NCBI GenBank assembly: GCA_041740355.1
Contig: JBGSMD010000016.1
Coordinates: 96,001 to 160,000, forward strand
Source of the DNA: Bdellovibrionota bacterium
GTDB lineage: Bacteria; Bdellovibrionota_C; UBA2361; CALJRW01
Direction of reading: 5' to 3'
DNA: 64,000 nt
The notes under the pieces are model-generated. The model saw nothing but the letters and a program-made list of their open reading frames with translations, ran no database searches and was not told where the DNA came from. This document shows positions 62,585 through 64,000 of the stretch, piece after piece. The position numbers were made by a program, and so were the translations under genes. The stretch's first letter is position 1, and each line of letters starts with the position of its first letter.

Positions 62585-63433
62585 TTAGCTTCCTGAAGAA
62601 TTTATTCTAGCTTGAAGATTTCTTGCTAGATCAACAATTAAATCAACGATCGGCAGATAATCACCCTTAATAAACTCAAAAAGATTTGACGCTTTACGAT
62701 CTTGTAGAAATTTTGTTAAGGCCCGATCGATTAATGGATTTTTACCAACTAAAGAATAAGACCCGCTTTCAGTCTGATGAGCTAAGGAATTTACAGCTCC
62801 AAAATTACGAATAATTCCTAAAAAACTTTCCTTCGATAAATCATTTATACTTAACTGACAAAGTTCTATCAGTTGGTCTAATGCTTTTATTACTTCCCGA
62901 TCAGGCGTAACCTGGCTATGTTCATTAATTGCTTTTGGTCTTCCAAATTCAATCTGTTGTCTAGTCTCTTCAAAATTCTTTGGATGTACTTCGCGATTTA
63001 AAGTAGCGCTCTTTTTAAATACTTGTCTAAAAAATTTACGATTGCTTGTGTGATTAACATCTACGGCAGTCTGTAAATCAGAATTCGCTGCAAGGAAAAT
63101 ATGGGTCATCGGACTTTTTGAATCATAAAGACAAGTAAGCATTTCTGCTAAAGATGACAAGACTCTAATTTTTTCAAGTGCTTTAGGATTTGCAATTGTA
63201 TCATCAATTAAATCAACTAAGTTTTGGTAATAACTTTGCTTTAAAGCTGATTGCTTGGCTCCCTTTGGCTGAAGGTCAATTTTAAATTTTACTAAACAGG
63301 CATCAAGCTCTTCACTTGAATTATGGTCGGTACTAAAAATCTTAACAACACATTTGATTAAATCATCATAGCGTTGCTCTAAGGGATTAATTAGATTACT
63401 TCGGATTTGTTGTTGCGTCGTCTGGGAATTCAT
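62585..63433 (-). CDS. Hypothetical protein
   Basis: 282-aa ORF; no motif recognised. Confidence 0.6.
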   Translation of the reverse strand: MNSQTTQQQIRSNLINPLEQRYDDLIKCVVKIFSTDHNSSEELDACLVKFKIDLQPKGAKQSALKQSYYQNLVDLIDDTIANPKALEKIRVLSSLAEMLTCLYDSKSPMTHIFLAANSDLQTAVDVNHTSNRKFFRQVFKKSATLNREVHPKNFEETRQQIEFGRPKAINEHSQVTPDREVIKALDQLIELCQLSINDLSKESFLGIIRNFGAVNSLAHQTESGSYSLVGKNPLIDRALTKFLQDRKASNLFEFIKGDYLPIVDLIVDLARNLQARINSSGS

Positions 63434-63670
63434 AGCGAAGATTAATATTATCTAATAAAAATTGAAGGAAGCTAATCCTAATTTTTGCAATGATTAATGG
63501 GTTTTAGTATCTATCGTCCATAAACTATTAAATATTTAGCATATTCTTGTAAAATCAACTGATACATACTGGGTTTAGATAGGAGTAATCTCAAGTTTTA
63601 TTGTTATAGCTCTAAATCTTCACTTTTAAAGATAGTAATTTTTGATATCAACAGCTATAATAGTTAAAGA

Positions 63671-64000
63671 ATGAGATCATTAAACTTACTCCGTTTGCTT
63701 TTGATTCTATTAATATTACTAACGACATCATGTGGTTCAGATGATTCCCAAATCTTAATTATCTCTTCCAATTATCCAGCAAATGGTGCCGACCCTAACT
63801 CGGGTGGCACCGGTTCTTCTATCGGCTTTGTTTCTAGAAACAATGGAAAGATTAATAAAAATTTTACTACTTCAGATAGTTTTGTGCATATTAATGATCA
63901 GTCAGATGCAGCTTGCCTAGGTGCTGTTATTGGTAAAAATTCTATTTTAACAAATGCAGACTGCCTAAGTGGTAATGGAGATACTAATATTGCCAACCTT
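63671..64000 (+). CDS. Lipoprotein with trypsin-like start, 3' end beyond window
   Basis: Own translation: MRSLNLLRLLLILLILLTTSCGSDD...AACLGAVIGKNSILTNADCL. Confidence 0.65.
   Translation, partial: MRSLNLLRLLLILLILLTTSCGSDDSQILIISSNYPANGADPNSGGTGSSIGFVSRNNGKINKNFTTSDSFVHINDQSDAACLGAVIGKNSILTNADCLSGNGDTNIANL

Noticed and set aside
1-64000. CRISPR array, tRNA, rRNA, intact IS or integrase
   Set aside because: No regularly spaced repeats, cloverleaf, rRNA-like tract or transposase/integrase motif recognised by eye.

Overview
An AT-rich bacterial chromosomal window of mostly unlinked genes. Housekeeping genes include sod, valS, surE, cysD/cysN, pip, a cold-shock protein, azurin, pirin and an M29 aminopeptidase. 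Accessory genes include four GT-C-type membrane glycosyltransferases, two type IV pilin-like genes, lipoproteins and lineage-specific orphans. I recognised no rRNA, tRNA, CRISPR array or intact transposase. The standout is a stand-alone group II-like reverse transcriptase (35288-36592, minus strand, YGDD). It is preceded by a roughly 200-nt structured non-coding region closed by a 9-bp inverted repeat and containing a 12-nt direct repeat. It is translationally coupled to a 780-aa multi-pass membrane protein and divergent from an exported two-HKD phospholipase D protein. This layout does not match the retron, DGR or group II intron patterns I know. Other observations are a Cys-rich uORF with hairpins upstream of cysD (candidate cysteine attenuator), two families of dispersed palindromic repeats, and three gene relics not represented as single ORFs in the track (LysR, arylsulfatase C-terminus, a frameshifted exported protein). 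All product calls come from motif recognition by eye; no database searches were run.
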